A DNA stretch of 64,000 nt, from assembly GCA_965237415.1 (NCBI GenBank), contig CBDEFM010000002.1:2752001-2816000 (forward strand), read 5' to 3'. Below the pieces are notes generated by a model, which saw only the letters and a program-made list of their open reading frames with translations, did not search any database and had not been told where the DNA came from. Shown one piece after another: positions 63,229 through 64,000 of the stretch. The stretch's first letter is position 1, and each line of letters starts with the position of its first letter. This DNA is from Alphaproteobacteria bacterium. GTDB taxonomy: Bacteria; Pseudomonadota; Alphaproteobacteria; UBA828. Position numbers and translations under genes: made by a program.

Positions 63229-63238
63229 TGCCGGCACC

Positions 63239-64000
63239 CTACTCCGCCTCACCTGGCGCAGGCGCGTCGGGCGCTTGCGGCTCAGGCTTCTCGGCGCGGG
63301 GACCCAGCACCCATTCATCCGCCCTAGGCTCGAGAGCCAGATCGCTCTGGTCGAGGGCGAGGCGCAGCTGGTCCGCCGTGCCGTGATAGCGGAGCGTGAG
63401 CCGCCCCTCGCGCAGGGAGAGGGAGTCGATGTCGACCGCGGCAACCATGGCGAGCGCCGCGAGGCGCCGCTGGATGGACACCCATTCGTCGAGGCTCGCG
63501 ATCGGAACGGTCGCCCGAAGCATATGGTCCTCGTCGTAGCGGATCAGGTTGGCAGCCTTCCAGGCATCCTCAAGCAGGGCGACGACCCTGTCGGTGCCGC
63601 GCTCCAGCAGCGCCCGTTCGCTCTCGCCTGTGCGGCCGATCAGTGTTTGCGCGACGGCATGTTCGTCTCCGGCAGCGATCCGGCGCAGCGAGAGCGTAAG
63701 TGCCCGGCCGGCGGCCGATGCCTCGCCGTCTGCGCCCGCCGTGTCGGCCTCAGCTGGCGCGGAAGGCTTCGCGACGGCAGAGGAGCCCGAGAGGCCGGCG
63801 ACCGCGACCGCGACCTCGCTCGTGCCGTAGAGCCGCCCGAGCGCGCCCAACGCCTCCGCATCGGAAGCCAGTGCCCGTTTCGCGGCCACCGCGCCGAGAT
63901 CGATGATGTCGCCGAGCGGCAAGAGGATCGGCACCAGGCCGCCGTGGGGCGGGCGCTCCTCCCACGCCCGGCGCCAGCGATTGCCGTCCTCCCACAGAAA
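63239..64000 (-). CDS. DUF2066-like protein, C-terminal part (5' outside window)
   Basis: Frame is open to the window edge (LWEDGNRWRRAW...GLVPILLPLGD..D). The conserved position upstream of hda-ppk-ppx fits this family. Confidence 0.7.
   Translation of the reverse strand, partial: FLWEDGNRWRRAWEERPPHGGLVPILLPLGDIIDLGAVAAKRALASDAEALGALGRLYGTSEVAVAVAGLSGSSAVAKPSAPAEADTAGADGEASAAGRALTLSLRRIAAGDEHAVAQTLIGRTGESERALLERGTDRVVALLEDAWKAANLIRYDEDHMLRATVPIASLDEWVSIQRRLAALAMVAAVDIDSLSLREGRLTLRYHGTADQLRLALDQSDLALEPRADEWVLGPRAEKPEPQAPDAPAPGEAE

Overview
High-GC alphaproteobacterial chromosome segment (Rhodospirillales-like gene order; inference), mostly core genome. In order it carries a partial molybdopterin oxidoreductase, a CmcJ/NvfI-family enzyme, xseA, dapB, tyrC-hisC-chorismate mutase, metX-metW, a PHA module (tandem phbB plus a PhaC-like hydrolase), RidA and a quinone oxidoreductase, a Cys-rich hypothetical coupled to a glutamine-synthetase-like ligase, ubiB-ubiE-mutM, rpsT-dnaA-dnaN-recF-gyrB, a class A PBP, a ~20 kb cobalamin cluster with a B12 riboswitch, a small low-GC islet at tRNA-Arg(CCG), an orphan glnT/gmaS, tRNA-Leu(CAA), ppx-ppk-hda and a partial DUF2066 gene. 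The best candidates for novelty are: (1) the Cys-rich metalloprotein plus gamma-glutamyl ligase operon; (2) TA-flanked palindromic elements sitting in stop codons, with compensatory base changes between copies; (3) a 12-unit ATCCC-core tandem array upstream of tRNA-Leu; (4) orphan tandem NrdR-like boxes; (5) a RusA-like nuclease in the tRNA islet; (6) a hybrid aerobic/anaerobic cob cluster containing an SCO protein and a signal-less BtuF-like protein. All calls come from reading motifs by eye; no database searches were run.
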